Positions 1 through 9,094 are shown, counted from the stretch's first letter. The stretch is DNA of 32,000 nt from Horticoccus luteus (GCF_019464535.1 NZ_CP080507.1:1740001-1772000); one strand, 5' to 3'. Notes: generated by a model not told the origin, from the sequence alone. Numbers and translations: made by a program.

Positions 1-399
1 AGCCAGGGCGATGAGCTCGGCGTGGCCACGCCGTTGCCCGCGCTGGTGCAGGCGGAACCGGAAAAACGCTGGGCGGCGCTGCTCGAAACGATCAAAGCGC
101 GGCGGATCACCGACCTCGTGGTGGGTTATCCGCTCAACATGGATGATTCCGTTGGTTTCAAGGCGCAGGAGGTGGACGCCTTTATTGCGCGTCTGACGGC
201 GGCGACGGATGTGCCGGTGCATCGGATCGATGAACGGCTGACGAGTTACGAGGCGGAAAGCTCGATTCCCAAGGTGCGGCGGCGCGACGTGCGGGCGAGC
301 GGGGTGATCGATTCCCGCGCGGCGACGCTGATTTTGCAGGACTACTTGGATACGCGGATTCTGCTCTCGTCGGAGGACGGCGAACGCGACGAAACCTGA
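1..399 (+). CDS. ruvX: Holliday-junction resolvase-like protein RuvX/YqgF, 5' end cut by the window edge
   Basis: Frame 1 is open from nt 1 to TGA 397-399. The translation (...DLVVGYPLNMDDSVG...IDERLTSYEAE...GVIDSRAATLILQDYLD) matches the YqgF/RuvX family. The track ORF 22..399 starts at an internal GTG. Confidence 0.85.
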   Translation, partial: SQGDELGVATPLPALVQAEPEKRWAALLETIKARRITDLVVGYPLNMDDSVGFKAQEVDAFIARLTAATDVPVHRIDERLTSYEAESSIPKVRRRDVRASGVIDSRAATLILQDYLDTRILLSSEDGERDET

Positions 400-400
400 C

Positions 401-1156
401 GTGAAGGCGACCTCGGAGCGTACGCGTTGGCGCGCCGTCTGTGCTTACGACGGGACAAATTTCGCGGGGTGGCAAAGCCAGGCGGGTGGCAATGCAATTC
501 AGGACGTGATCGAGAAGGCGCTGGGCAAGGTGTTGAAGACGCCGGTCAGGATTCACGGCAGCGGTCGGACAGATGCGGGCGTGCACGCGCTCGCGCAAGT
601 GTTTCACTTCGACGCAGCATGGTCCCACGGCGCCGAAAAACTGCGGGCGGCGTTGCGGGTGGAATTGCCGGCGGCGATCCAGATCGCGGCATTGCGGCGC
701 GCGAAACCGACGTTTCATGCGCGGTTCGACGCCAAGGGGAAGATTTACGAATACCATGTTTGTCTGGGCGAGGCCGATCCGTTTACCCGGCTGTTTGTCT
801 GGCCGGTCTTCCGGGCGCTGGATCTTGCCGCGATGCAGACGGCCGCGCGACGACTGACCGGTCGGCATGATTTTCGTGCGTTCACGGCGCTCAACGGGCC
901 GGAGCGCGAGGACACGGTGCGCGATCTGCGGCGGTTGGAGGTCGCCCGGCGCGGGCGGCGGATCAAGATCACCGCGGAGGCGGACGGATTTCTCTATAAA
1001 ATGGTGCGGAGCCTTGCCGGAACCCTCGTGGCGGTGGGTGAGGGAAAACTGACGCCGGCTCAGGTCACGGGTTTGCTCGCGGGCGGCGTGCGAACCGCCG
1101 CGGTGCCGACGGCGCCGGGCAAAGGCTTGTTCCTCCGACGCGTGCTTTACCGATGA
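401..1156 (+). CDS. truA: tRNA pseudouridine(38-40) synthase TruA
   Basis: GTG start 1 nt after the ruvX stop. Motifs AYDGTNFAGWQSQ, GSGRTDAGVHA (catalytic Asp loop) and FLYKMVR are typical of TruA. Confidence 0.9.
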   Translation: MKATSERTRWRAVCAYDGTNFAGWQSQAGGNAIQDVIEKALGKVLKTPVRIHGSGRTDAGVHALAQVFHFDAAWSHGAEKLRAALRVELPAAIQIAALRRAKPTFHARFDAKGKIYEYHVCLGEADPFTRLFVWPVFRALDLAAMQTAARRLTGRHDFRAFTALNGPEREDTVRDLRRLEVARRGRRIKITAEADGFLYKMVRSLAGTLVAVGEGKLTPAQVTGLLAGGVRTAAVPTAPGKGLFLRRVLYR

Positions 1157-1890
1157 AGAACGGATGGCCGCAGCTTGGTCGTGGTTTGGTGGACACGGTG
1201 TTTCCGCCGGTCTGCGTGAATTGCAACGGTCTCGTGGAGCACAATCCCGAATGGCGGCACGTGTGCCCGCGGTGCGTGGCGCAGATGGATTTTGTGCATG
1301 CGCCGCAGTGCACGACGTGCGGGCATCCGTTTTACGGGCACGTGATCGGTGAACGGTTGTGTCCGCACTGCGAGTCGCTGCACCCCGCTTTTCGCGAAGG
1401 GCGCACGGCGGTTTTGTTGAAAGGAGCGGGGCGCGCGCTGGTGCATGGGTTGAAATATCACCGGCAGTTGCACGTGCTCACGGATATCGCTGCGGTGTTC
1501 AGGCGTTCGCCGGCGCTGCTGGATTTCGTGCGCGACGGGCGGCTGGTGCCAGTGCCCTTGCATCCGCGCAAGGAGCGGGAGCGCGGTTACAATCAGAGTT
1601 TGTTGCTCGCCGAAACGCTTGCGGAAGTCGCCGGCGGAGCGACGACCGTGGCACCGATTTTGCGGAGAGTCGCCGACACGGAGACGCAAACGCATCGCGA
1701 CAGAAGAGAGCGGCAGTTGAACCTGAAAAATGCCTTTGCACTGGCCTGCGACGCCGACATTAATACGAGCCAACATTACCTTCTCGTTGATGACGTTTTC
1801 ACCACGGGTTCCACCCTCAACAGTTGCGCGCTGGTCTTGCGCCGCGCGGGAATCCTGAACCTCGATGTCGTGACGTTTGGTCACGGTTAA
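1153..1890 (+). CDS. comF: ComF-family phosphoribosyltransferase-domain protein
   Basis: ATGA start/stop overlap with truA at 1153-1156. N-terminal Cys-pair zinc-ribbon pattern (CVNC..CPRC..CTTC..CPHC) and C-terminal PRTase motif LLVDDVFTTGSTL. Confidence 0.8.
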   Translation: MKNGWPQLGRGLVDTVFPPVCVNCNGLVEHNPEWRHVCPRCVAQMDFVHAPQCTTCGHPFYGHVIGERLCPHCESLHPAFREGRTAVLLKGAGRALVHGLKYHRQLHVLTDIAAVFRRSPALLDFVRDGRLVPVPLHPRKERERGYNQSLLLAETLAEVAGGATTVAPILRRVADTETQTHRDRRERQLNLKNAFALACDADINTSQHYLLVDDVFTTGSTLNSCALVLRRAGILNLDVVTFGHG

Positions 1891-1897
1891 TACCGCT

Positions 1898-2767
1898 ATG
1901 TCGCATTTCGACAAACCCACTTACAACGTCCGCCGCACGCGGAAAAAGGACATTCCCCAAGGGATCTACACGAAGGATCCGATCACGGGGGAAGCGTTGT
2001 TCACGAAGGACATCGTGGACAACCAAATGGTCTCGCCGAAGAGCGGGCATCATTTCCCGATCGGAGCGCGCGAGCGCATCGCCGCGCTCGTCGACAAAGA
2101 ATCTTTCCGGGAAATAGCGGCGAATGTGAGATCGGGCGATCCGCTCACGTTCGTCGATTCGACGCCGTATCCGGTGCGTCTAAAACGATACGAAAAGGAG
2201 AGCACGCTGCCGGAGGCGGTCATTACGGGAACGGCCAAAATCCACGGGATCGAGGTATCGCTAGCGGTGATGGATTTTCGGTTTTGCGGCGGCACGCTCG
2301 GGTCGGCGACGGGCGAGAAGATCACGCGCGCCATCGAAGAGGCTTTGGAACGGAAATGCCCGTGCATCATTTTCAGCACGTCGGGTGGCGCGCGCATGCA
2401 GGAAGGGATCCTCTCGTTGATGCAGATGGCAAAGACGAGCGCGGCGCTGGGGCGCCTGGCGGAGGCGGGATTGCCCTATGTTTCGGTGCTGACGAATCCG
2501 ACGACGGGCGGTGTTTCAGCGAGCTTTGCGACCATCGGTGACGTGATTCTGGCGGAGCCGGGCGCGTTGATCGGATTCGCGGGTCCCCGCGTGATCAAGG
2601 ATACGACGAAGCAAACGTTGCCGCCGGGGTTTCAGACTTCGGAATTTCTGCTCAAGCACGGACTCGTGGACCAAATCGTGAGCCGCACCGAGATGCGGGA
2701 TCGGCTGGGCGATCTGCTGCTCGCGTTGCACGTGAAGAAAAGTCCGGGCGTCAAAGCGAAGAGCTGA
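1898..2767 (+). CDS. accD: Acetyl-CoA carboxylase carboxyltransferase beta subunit AccD
   Basis: ATG at 1898 (MSHFDKP...) is preferred over the track's TTG at 1877, which overlaps comF. Core motifs FCGGTLGSATGEK, STSGGARMQEG, MQMAKTSAAL and GFAGPRVI are present. The N-terminal Zn-ribbon cysteines are absent (see findings). Confidence 0.92.
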   Translation: MSHFDKPTYNVRRTRKKDIPQGIYTKDPITGEALFTKDIVDNQMVSPKSGHHFPIGARERIAALVDKESFREIAANVRSGDPLTFVDSTPYPVRLKRYEKESTLPEAVITGTAKIHGIEVSLAVMDFRFCGGTLGSATGEKITRAIEEALERKCPCIIFSTSGGARMQEGILSLMQMAKTSAALGRLAEAGLPYVSVLTNPTTGGVSASFATIGDVILAEPGALIGFAGPRVIKDTTKQTLPPGFQTSEFLLKHGLVDQIVSRTEMRDRLGDLLLALHVKKSPGVKAKS

Positions 2768-2770
2768 CGA

Positions 2771-2795
2771 GCGAAGCCGCGCCGGGCGGATTCGC
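2771..2795. terminator. GC hairpin in the 29-nt gap between convergent accD and the ABC ATPase gene; no U-tract
   Basis: GCGAAGCCGC-gccgg-GCGGATTCGC gives 5+4 bp with one mismatch and a 5-nt loop. It lies exactly between the two stop codons (2765-2767 and 2797-2799). Confidence 0.35.
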
Positions 2796-2796
2796 G

Positions 2797-3798
2797 TCAG
2801 ATTTCGTCCAAGCGGATACAGGCAGCCGTGCGGTTCTCGCCCGCGGGCAAGAGTGGAGGCACTCGTTCGCGGCAGCGCGCCACGGCATAACGGCAGCGGG
2901 GATGAAAGGCGCAGCCGGGCGGAGGTGAGAGCGGAGAGGGAGGATCGCCGTCGAGAACGATACGCGACGCAGCCGGGCCGAGGTCGGACTTCAGCGCGGG
3001 AATGGCACTGACCAGCGCCTGCGTGTAGGGATGTCGCGGTCGATCGATCACGTCGAGGGCGGGGCCAAGCTCCACGATTTTCCCGAGATACATCACGGCG
3101 ATACGATCGGAGATATGTTTCACCACGGAAAGGTCGTGGGCGATGAAGATCAGGCTCAGGTTCATCTCGCGGCAGAGACGCGCGAGCAGATTGAGGATCT
3201 GAGCCTGGATGGACACATCCAGCGCGGAAACGGGCTCATCGGCGATGAGGATGTGCGGATTCAGCGCCAGCGCGCGTGCGATGGCGATGCGTTGCCGCTG
3301 GCCGCCGGAAAATTCATGCGGATATTTTTGCATGAAGCGCGGCGCGAGGCCGACACGCGCCATCAAGTCGGCGACGCGGCGGGGGATTTCGTCGCGTGGG
3401 GCAATTTGGTGGACGCGCAGCGGCTCGGCGAGCGCGTCGAACACGGTCATGCGCGGATTGAGCGATGCGTAGGGATCCTGAAAGACGAGCTGCATCTCGC
3501 GGCGCGCGGCCGCCAGTTCGCGTTCTGAAGCGCCCGTGAGTGTGCGGCCGTTGAGGAGGACCGTGCCGGAAGTGGTGGGCACGAGTTGGAGGATGGTGCG
3601 CGCGAGCGTCGATTTTCCGCAGCCGGATTCACCGACGAGGCCGAGCACTTCGCCGCGCGCGAGGGAAAGCGTGACGCCGTCGACAGCTTTGAGGATCTCG
3701 GCTTCGCGGTGGAACCAGCCGCGCGAGCGCACGGGGAAGTGCGTGGCGACGTCGCGCAGTTCGAGCACGGGATCGGTCGTGACAGAGGGCTGCGTCAT
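2797..3798 (-). CDS. Oligopeptide/dipeptide-type ABC transporter ATP-binding protein (OppF/DppF-like)
   Basis: Walker A GESGCGKST, signature FSGGQRQR, Walker B LIADEPVSALD and C-terminal oligopeptide-ABC Cys motif CAFHPRCRYAVARC. The start is set at MTQPSV (ATG 3798), which forms an ATGA overlap with the upstream ATPase stop. The track's longer 2797..3906 version is Arg-rich and overlaps that gene. Confidence 0.88.
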   Translation of the reverse strand: MTQPSVTTDPVLELRDVATHFPVRSRGWFHREAEILKAVDGVTLSLARGEVLGLVGESGCGKSTLARTILQLVPTTSGTVLLNGRTLTGASERELAAARREMQLVFQDPYASLNPRMTVFDALAEPLRVHQIAPRDEIPRRVADLMARVGLAPRFMQKYPHEFSGGQRQRIAIARALALNPHILIADEPVSALDVSIQAQILNLLARLCREMNLSLIFIAHDLSVVKHISDRIAVMYLGKIVELGPALDVIDRPRHPYTQALVSAIPALKSDLGPAASRIVLDGDPPSPLSPPPGCAFHPRCRYAVARCRERVPPLLPAGENRTAACIRLDEI

Positions 3799-4796
3799 GA
3801 CAGGGCGGGCGCGGCGTCGAAATGGAGTTCGCCGGCCTGGACGCGCAAACAGGCGTGAAGATGCCCGGGGGCGCTGGGTAGAAGCGCGGGCGTTTCGGCG
3901 GTGCAACGGGCGGTGGCGTATTCACACCGGGGAGCGAATGGGCAGCCGGGGAGCGGTTTCGAAACATCGGGCGGCAGGCCGGGAATCGTGAAGAGTTCGG
4001 CGCCCTTGGGCTGGAGCGACGGGATGGAGCGCTGCAGCGCGCGGGTGTAGGGGTGTTGAGGTTGAGAAAACAGCGTGCGTGTGCCGGCGGTTTCCACGAT
4101 GCGTCCGCCGTACATGACCTGAACGCGATCGCAAAGACCGGAGACAACGCCGAGGTCGTGAGTGATGAAGATCACCGCCATGCCAAGGTCGCGCTGGCGT
4201 TGCTTGATGAGTTCGAGAATTTCCGCCTGCACGGTCACGTCGAGGGCGGTCGTCGGTTCATCGGCGATGAGCAGCTCCGGACGCGTGATCAATGCCATGG
4301 CGATCATCACGCGCTGACGCATGCCGCCGGAAAACTCGTGCGGGTAATGGCGGATGCGGCGCACGGCGTCGTTGATGCCGACGGCTTCGAGCGCAGCGAT
4401 GCCGCGTTTCAGCGCCTCGCGCGGAGAGGTTTTCTCGTGGATCAAGAGCGGCTCGATGAGTTGATCCGCCACGCGCAGGTAGGGATTGAGCGACGTCATC
4501 GGATCCTGGAAGATCATCGCGATGCGTTTGCCACGGATGGAACGCGAGACGCGGGGCGGGCAGCGCAAGAGATCGATGCCGTCGAAGATCGCCGAGCCGC
4601 TCTCAATGCGGCCGGGCGGCTGCGGAATCAGGCCCATCAACGAATAGCAAGTGACGGATTTGCCCGAGCCGGATTCGCCCACGAGGCCGAGAGTCTCGCC
4701 GCGTTCGATGTCAAAGCTCACACCGTCGACCGCACGATAGACGCCCGAGCGCGTATGGAAATACGTGCGGAGGTCATTGACGGCGAGCAGCGGCAT
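3795..4796 (-). CDS. Oligopeptide/dipeptide-type ABC transporter ATP-binding protein (OppD/DppD-like)
   Basis: Walker A GESGSGKS, signature FSGGMRQR, Walker [12 protein letters not shown] and C-terminal [14 protein letters not shown]. The start is chosen at [13 protein letters not shown] (4796) rather than the 13-codon Arg-rich extension to 4835. Confidence 0.88.
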   Translation of the reverse strand: MPLLAVNDLRTYFHTRSGVYRAVDGVSFDIERGETLGLVGESGSGKSVTCYSLMGLIPQPPGRIESGSAIFDGIDLLRCPPRVSRSIRGKRIAMIFQDPMTSLNPYLRVADQLIEPLLIHEKTSPREALKRGIAALEAVGINDAVRRIRHYPHEFSGGMRQRVMIAMALITRPELLIADEPTTALDVTVQAEILELIKQRQRDLGMAVIFITHDLGVVSGLCDRVQVMYGGRIVETAGTRTLFSQPQHPYTRALQRSIPSLQPKGAELFTIPGLPPDVSKPLPGCPFAPRCEYATARCTAETPALLPSAPGHLHACLRVQAGELHFDAAPALS

Positions 4797-4985
4797 CGGA
4801 GCGCCAAGGTGGCGAGCGCGCCGCCGGACGGGCAACGTTTTATTGAATCACCGCAATGCGCGCGAGAGCTCGCCCAACAGGACGAGCCGGCGGCGAGCGG
4901 CTGAGACTGGGCGTGGGTGCGGACGTCACCAGCCCGCCGAGCGTGTGGTCCGCGCTCCGAACGACGTGGAGACGGGCGGGCCGGA

Positions 4986-5837
4986 TCAGGCGGCGGCGTG
5001 TTTCCGACCGGCGATGCGGCGGCGCGAGAGGACGATCAACAGCAGGCCGGCGCCCATCGCTCCATAGGTGCTGGGTTCGGGCACCGGGGTGAGTTGCGGA
5101 GAGCAAAAGCCGCCATCGATCGCGCTGGCATCGATGCGATTGTTGTCGAGGGTGACAGCGCCATTGAGCGCGAGGGCGCGGCCAAAATCGATGGAGGCGC
5201 CGGTGTTCAGGGTGATGCTCGCCAGCGCAAGAATGTTGCCCGCGAATGCACTGCCGGTGCCGAGCGTGGCGGAGCTGCCGACCTGCCAGAAAAGCCCATT
5301 ATCGGGGCCGCAGGCGTCACCGATATTGACGATATTCACCGCCGAATTGCTTGCGCTGATCAAGGTGCTACCAATCTGGAAAACAAAGCGGGCGTTGGCA
5401 TCGCCCTGAGCGTCAAGCGTGAGAGTGCCGGTCAGTTGAGCGGATGAACTGAAACGATAAACGCCAGGCGTGAGCGTCAGACCACCAAGATCCAGGCCCG
5501 TCAGGTCGGAGGTGAAACTGAGGCCGGCGAGCGTCGTATAGGCGGACGCGGCATCAGCGTGGGCTTGCGCAGAAGCGAAGTTGCCGAGGTTGGACGCGCC
5601 GGAATAGAGCCCGGGCCCGCCATCGAGGGCGGAGAATCCGGTGACGGCGGTGCCGGGAGAGACGCCGAGGTCACCGGTGATCATGGTATTGCCGGTATTG
5701 GTGACGGCCGAGCCGCCGAGAACGCCGTAGCTGCCGGCGGCGCCGATGAGTTGCGCCTGAGACGAAGGCGCCAGAGCTAAAAACACCAGCGATGCAGCCA
5801 GAGTGCAGATTTCGCGGAACGGAGGTTGGTTCTTCAT
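4986..5837 (-). CDS. Secreted ice-binding-like (DUF3494) beta-helix protein with C-terminal PEP-CTERM sorting signal
   Basis: N-terminal signal peptide (…LVFLALAPSSQAQ). DUF3494-like blocks GDLGVSPGTAVTGF, LTPGVYRFSSSAQLTGTLTLDAQGDANARFVFQIGSTL, LFWQVGSSATLGTGSAFAGNILALASITLNTGA and GRALALNGAVTLDNN. The C-terminus carries VPEPSTYGAMGAGLLLIVLSRRR. Confidence 0.8.
   Translation of the reverse strand: MKNQPPFREICTLAASLVFLALAPSSQAQLIGAAGSYGVLGGSAVTNTGNTMITGDLGVSPGTAVTGFSALDGGPGLYSGASNLGNFASAQAHADAASAYTTLAGLSFTSDLTGLDLGGLTLTPGVYRFSSSAQLTGTLTLDAQGDANARFVFQIGSTLISASNSAVNIVNIGDACGPDNGLFWQVGSSATLGTGSAFAGNILALASITLNTGASIDFGRALALNGAVTLDNNRIDASAIDGGFCSPQLTPVPEPSTYGAMGAGLLLIVLSRRRIAGRKHAAA
4989..5084 (-). 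other. PEP-CTERM sorting domain (exosortase recognition signal)
   Basis: The last 32 codons are VPEPS, then a hydrophobic helix (TYGAMGAGLLLIVL), then a basic cluster (SRRRIAGRK). Confidence 0.8.
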
Positions 5838-6130
5838 GATACTTTTCCTTTTCTAATGGGCCTTGATCCGATCGGCGTCGGCTGGAAGCCACGCTCGGGA
5901 AACGGGAGCCCAAGCGACCGCGAGATACGGTGCGTGCAATCGGGCTGGGGAGCCCCATGAAAATACTTTACTCGCTAACCGGATCGCGGGCTAGTGGGCT
6001 TACGCTGGTTGGGCTATGAAGCAATCGACTCTTCGAGCGGGGAGAATGGCTGATGCAGAAAACGTTGAAGCGTTGGCGAGACGGCGGCGGAGACCGTTCC
6101 CGGGACACGGCTCGTGTGTTTCGGTTTGGC

Positions 6131-8023
6131 TCAAGCGAGTTGGGCGCGGACCGCGGTCGCGACGGTGGTGGGAAGAAGTTCCGCCAAAGGCGCGCCGCCC
6201 GTGGACGGACAATTCGCGGGCTGCAAAATTTGAACCGGGGCGGCGAACACTGGGCCCGTGCGCACGGGGTTGGTGGGACCGAACAGGGCGATCAGCGGCA
6301 CGCCGAGCGCGTTGGCGAGGTGCATGCCGCCCGTGTCGTTGGTGACGAGCAGTTCGCATTCGGACAGCCCGGCGCAGTATTCGGCGAGAGTTGTGCGGCC
6401 GGCGAGATCGGTGACGCGTGACTCGAAACCAGCGGCGATTTGCTGGGTGATCGGCCGGTCATTGGCCGTGCCGAAAAGCAGCACGGGGCGGTCGGGCGGG
6501 AGGGCTTCGAGCAGATCGCGCCAGTAAGTGACGGGCCAGCGTTTTTCGGGATTGTTTTCGGAGCCGGCGATGAAACCGATCGGACGCGATCCGGGGGGCG
6601 GTGGAGCGCTCGTGCGGATCGGCGTTGTATTGGGTTCGCCCACCAAACCGAAGGCGCGAAGAAAGTGCGTCCACAACTCGAGTTGGTGATGCTGGCGTTC
6701 ATCGAATCCGGGCGGCACGCGAAAGGCGTGCGAAAGGAGAGGCCGGCGCTTGCCTGGCCGCACGAGACCGAAGCGCTGGCGGCAGCCCGTAAGACGGGCT
6801 TCCAGATCACCGCGAAAGGAGTTTGTGAAAAGGAGGTAGCAGTCCGGAAATTCGCGGCGCGCACGCCAGAAATGAGCGAAGTAGCCACGGCCGCGCGGGG
6901 GCAGCGGGCGGATGTGGTCGGCGACGGCGAAGTCGCGCAGAAGGTCCGCAAACGCGGGCTTGGCCACGAGGGTTATTTCGGCGTCGGGACGGGAATGGCG
7001 GATGGCGCGCAGGAGCGGCAGTGCCATCACGACGTCACCGAGCCAGTTGGGGAGGCGAATCCAGAGGCGGGTTTTGCGCGGCAGTTGCATCCAGTTGCGC
7101 AGGCGAAGATCGGTCGCGAGGAAATCGCGTTTGGCTTCGAGTCGCAGGCGGCGCGCGGGCATGTCCTGATTGCGCCAGCGATCGTGCAACCAAAGCCAGG
7201 AGGCGCAGGCGTTGTCGTCGGCTTGCAGGAAGTTTTCGAGCCAACGGTTGAGGTTGATGACGGGCTCTTCGATGCCGGTGCCGGCGTCTAGGCGGTGCGC
7301 ATCGATTTCGTAGGACCAGAAGCCGTGGCGGCGGGGAAACACGCAGACGATCTCGGCGTGGTATTTCTCCACCAGCAGACCTGGTAGTTCGGAGCTGGAG
7401 CAAATGCGCCCGAAGAGCGTCGCGAGTGCGCCCTGCAAGCCCGCATTTTGGTCGAACAGCAACGCCACGAGGCCGCCACGGCGCAGCACCTGCAGCGCCT
7501 CGGAGAATCCGCGTTTGCGGGAAAGCATTTTTACGCCGAATCGCTCGCGAGTCAGGCGCACCCAGGCGTCGAGGACGGGATTGTCGAGGGGACGAAAGAT
7601 CGTGTTGAAAACGGGAGAGTCGGCACCGAGGAGCAGTGGGAGCGCGGTCTGCATTTCCCAGCCGGTGAAGTGCAACGTGGCGATCAGCGTGGGCGTGGAG
7701 GTTTGCACCTGCCGCCGGGAGAGGGCGCGCATCGTGGGTGAGACCGAGGCGATGCGTTGCGTGCGCTCGGCGCTGAAAAACGGCATCGCCAGCGAGAGTA
7801 AACCCGATTCCACCAGCCGATGGGAGCAGGCGCGGGCGATGCCGCGGCGCCAGGCATCGCTCCGCTCAGGGAAAGCGTGATGGAGGTTGGAGAAGAGCAG
7901 GCGTCGGCGACGGCGGAGAACGAGCAGCATCGCGTCGCCCAAGGCGGCGCTGAGGGCCCGCAACAGCGGCACGGGCGAGTGCGCCGTGAGCCAGCCGAGG
8001 ATCTGCAGAAGCAGTTTAAGCAC
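6131..8023 (-). CDS. Fusion protein: N-terminal LpxL/HtrB-type lipid A late acyltransferase domain plus C-terminal glycosyltransferase family 9 (heptosyltransferase-like) domain
   Basis: Single uninterrupted 630-codon ORF with a GTG start at 8023. aa 1-286 carry the HX4E motif (HFTGWE), FDQNAG and the terminal WLWLHDRW typical of lipid A lauroyl/myristoyl acyltransferases. aa ~318-630 carry the GT9 hallmarks RLPNWLGDVVMALPLLRAI, GSENNPEKRWP, LVTNDTGGMHLANALG and LFGPTNP. Confidence 0.85.
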   Translation of the reverse strand: MLKLLLQILGWLTAHSPVPLLRALSAALGDAMLLVLRRRRRLLFSNLHHAFPERSDAWRRGIARACSHRLVESGLLSLAMPFFSAERTQRIASVSPTMRALSRRQVQTSTPTLIATLHFTGWEMQTALPLLLGADSPVFNTIFRPLDNPVLDAWVRLTRERFGVKMLSRKRGFSEALQVLRRGGLVALLFDQNAGLQGALATLFGRICSSSELPGLLVEKYHAEIVCVFPRRHGFWSYEIDAHRLDAGTGIEEPVINLNRWLENFLQADDNACASWLWLHDRWRNQDMPARRLRLEAKRDFLATDLRLRNWMQLPRKTRLWIRLPNWLGDVVMALPLLRAIRHSRPDAEITLVAKPAFADLLRDFAVADHIRPLPPRGRGYFAHFWRARREFPDCYLLFTNSFRGDLEARLTGCRQRFGLVRPGKRRPLLSHAFRVPPGFDERQHHQLELWTHFLRAFGLVGEPNTTPIRTSAPPPPGSRPIGFIAGSENNPEKRWPVTYWRDLLEALPPDRPVLLFGTANDRPITQQIAAGFESRVTDLAGRTTLAEYCAGLSECELLVTNDTGGMHLANALGVPLIALFGPTNPVRTGPVFAAPVQILQPANCPSTGGAPLAELLPTTVATAVRAQLA

Positions 8024-8119
8024 GCGGGAGCCGGATTAGCATTTGATTTTCAGCGGGAAAAACCATGAAACGAGAGGCTCGCGTGGTTAAAAGCAGATTC
8101 TGCGGCGCGCGGGCTTACA

Positions 8120-9094
8120 ATGATCGAACTGCTCATCATCAAACCTTCCTCGCTGGGCGACATCGTCCAGGCGCTGCAAGTCGCGACGTCGTTGAAGGCG
8201 CAGCGTGACGATTTGCGCATTTCGTGGATCGTGCGCGACATCTTCGCGCCGTTGGTGCGGGCGTGCGAAGCGGTGGATGAAGTTTTTGTCTTCGAGCGCA
8301 GCGGCGGCACGAAAGGGTTTTTGCGCCTGATGCGGGAGGTGCGGCGAACGAAATTCGATTACGTTTTTGATCTGCAAGGGTTGCTGCGCACGGGTTTGAT
8401 GACCTCGCGGACGATCGCGAAAAAGAAAGTCGGCCGCACCGACGCGCGGGAGTGGTCGAGTTTGTTTTACGACGAGAAAGTGCCGTTGCCGCCGAATGGG
8501 CGGAAGAGCCACGCGCTGGAGATCTTGCTGCAGTTTTGCGGCGTGCTGGGGGCAAAGCCGGAATTGCGGGGCACATTGAAATTTCGTGCGCCGGAAGGGT
8601 TGAATCTGAAGTTCGTCGAAGGGCGGAGCGGCGGGAAGCCGGTGCTGATGTTTCCGGACAGCCGGCGCGCGGAGAAATGCTGGCATGGGTTCAAGCAACT
8701 CACGGAGATGGTGTTGCGCTCCGACCGCAACCGCAAGGTCGTGTGGGCGGGGAGCAATGTCGTCGCGGATCGCGGGGCATTTCCCGCCGCGCAGTTCCTG
8801 AATCTGACCGGCAACACGAGCCTGCTGTCGCTGCCTGCGTTGGTGAAGAGCGCGGATTGGGTCATTTCCAATGACAGCGGACCGATGCATCTGGCGGCGG
8901 CGTTGGGCGTGCGCACGCTGGCGATATTTGGGCCGACCGACCCGCGGCTCTATGGCCCGTTTCCGCCGGACGCGCCGACGAATCATGTGATTCAGGCGCC
9001 GGTCGGCGCGTTGAAATTACTGACGGCGAAGGATGTCTTCGCGCGTTTGCAGAAACTCGAAGGCAAAGGCTCGCGAGGCCGCCGCAGCGAATAA
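8120..9094 (+). CDS. Glycosyltransferase family 9 (LPS heptosyltransferase-like, WaaC/WaaF class)
   Basis: LLIIKPSSLGDIVQALQVATSLK, DSRRAEKCW, VISNDSGPMHLAAALG and IFGPTDP. Divergently transcribed from the LpxL::GT9 fusion across a 96-nt spacer. Confidence 0.85.
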   Translation: MIELLIIKPSSLGDIVQALQVATSLKAQRDDLRISWIVRDIFAPLVRACEAVDEVFVFERSGGTKGFLRLMREVRRTKFDYVFDLQGLLRTGLMTSRTIAKKKVGRTDAREWSSLFYDEKVPLPPNGRKSHALEILLQFCGVLGAKPELRGTLKFRAPEGLNLKFVEGRSGGKPVLMFPDSRRAEKCWHGFKQLTEMVLRSDRNRKVVWAGSNVVADRGAFPAAQFLNLTGNTSLLSLPALVKSADWVISNDSGPMHLAAALGVRTLAIFGPTDPRLYGPFPPDAPTNHVIQAPVGALKLLTAKDVFARLQKLEGKGSRGRRSE

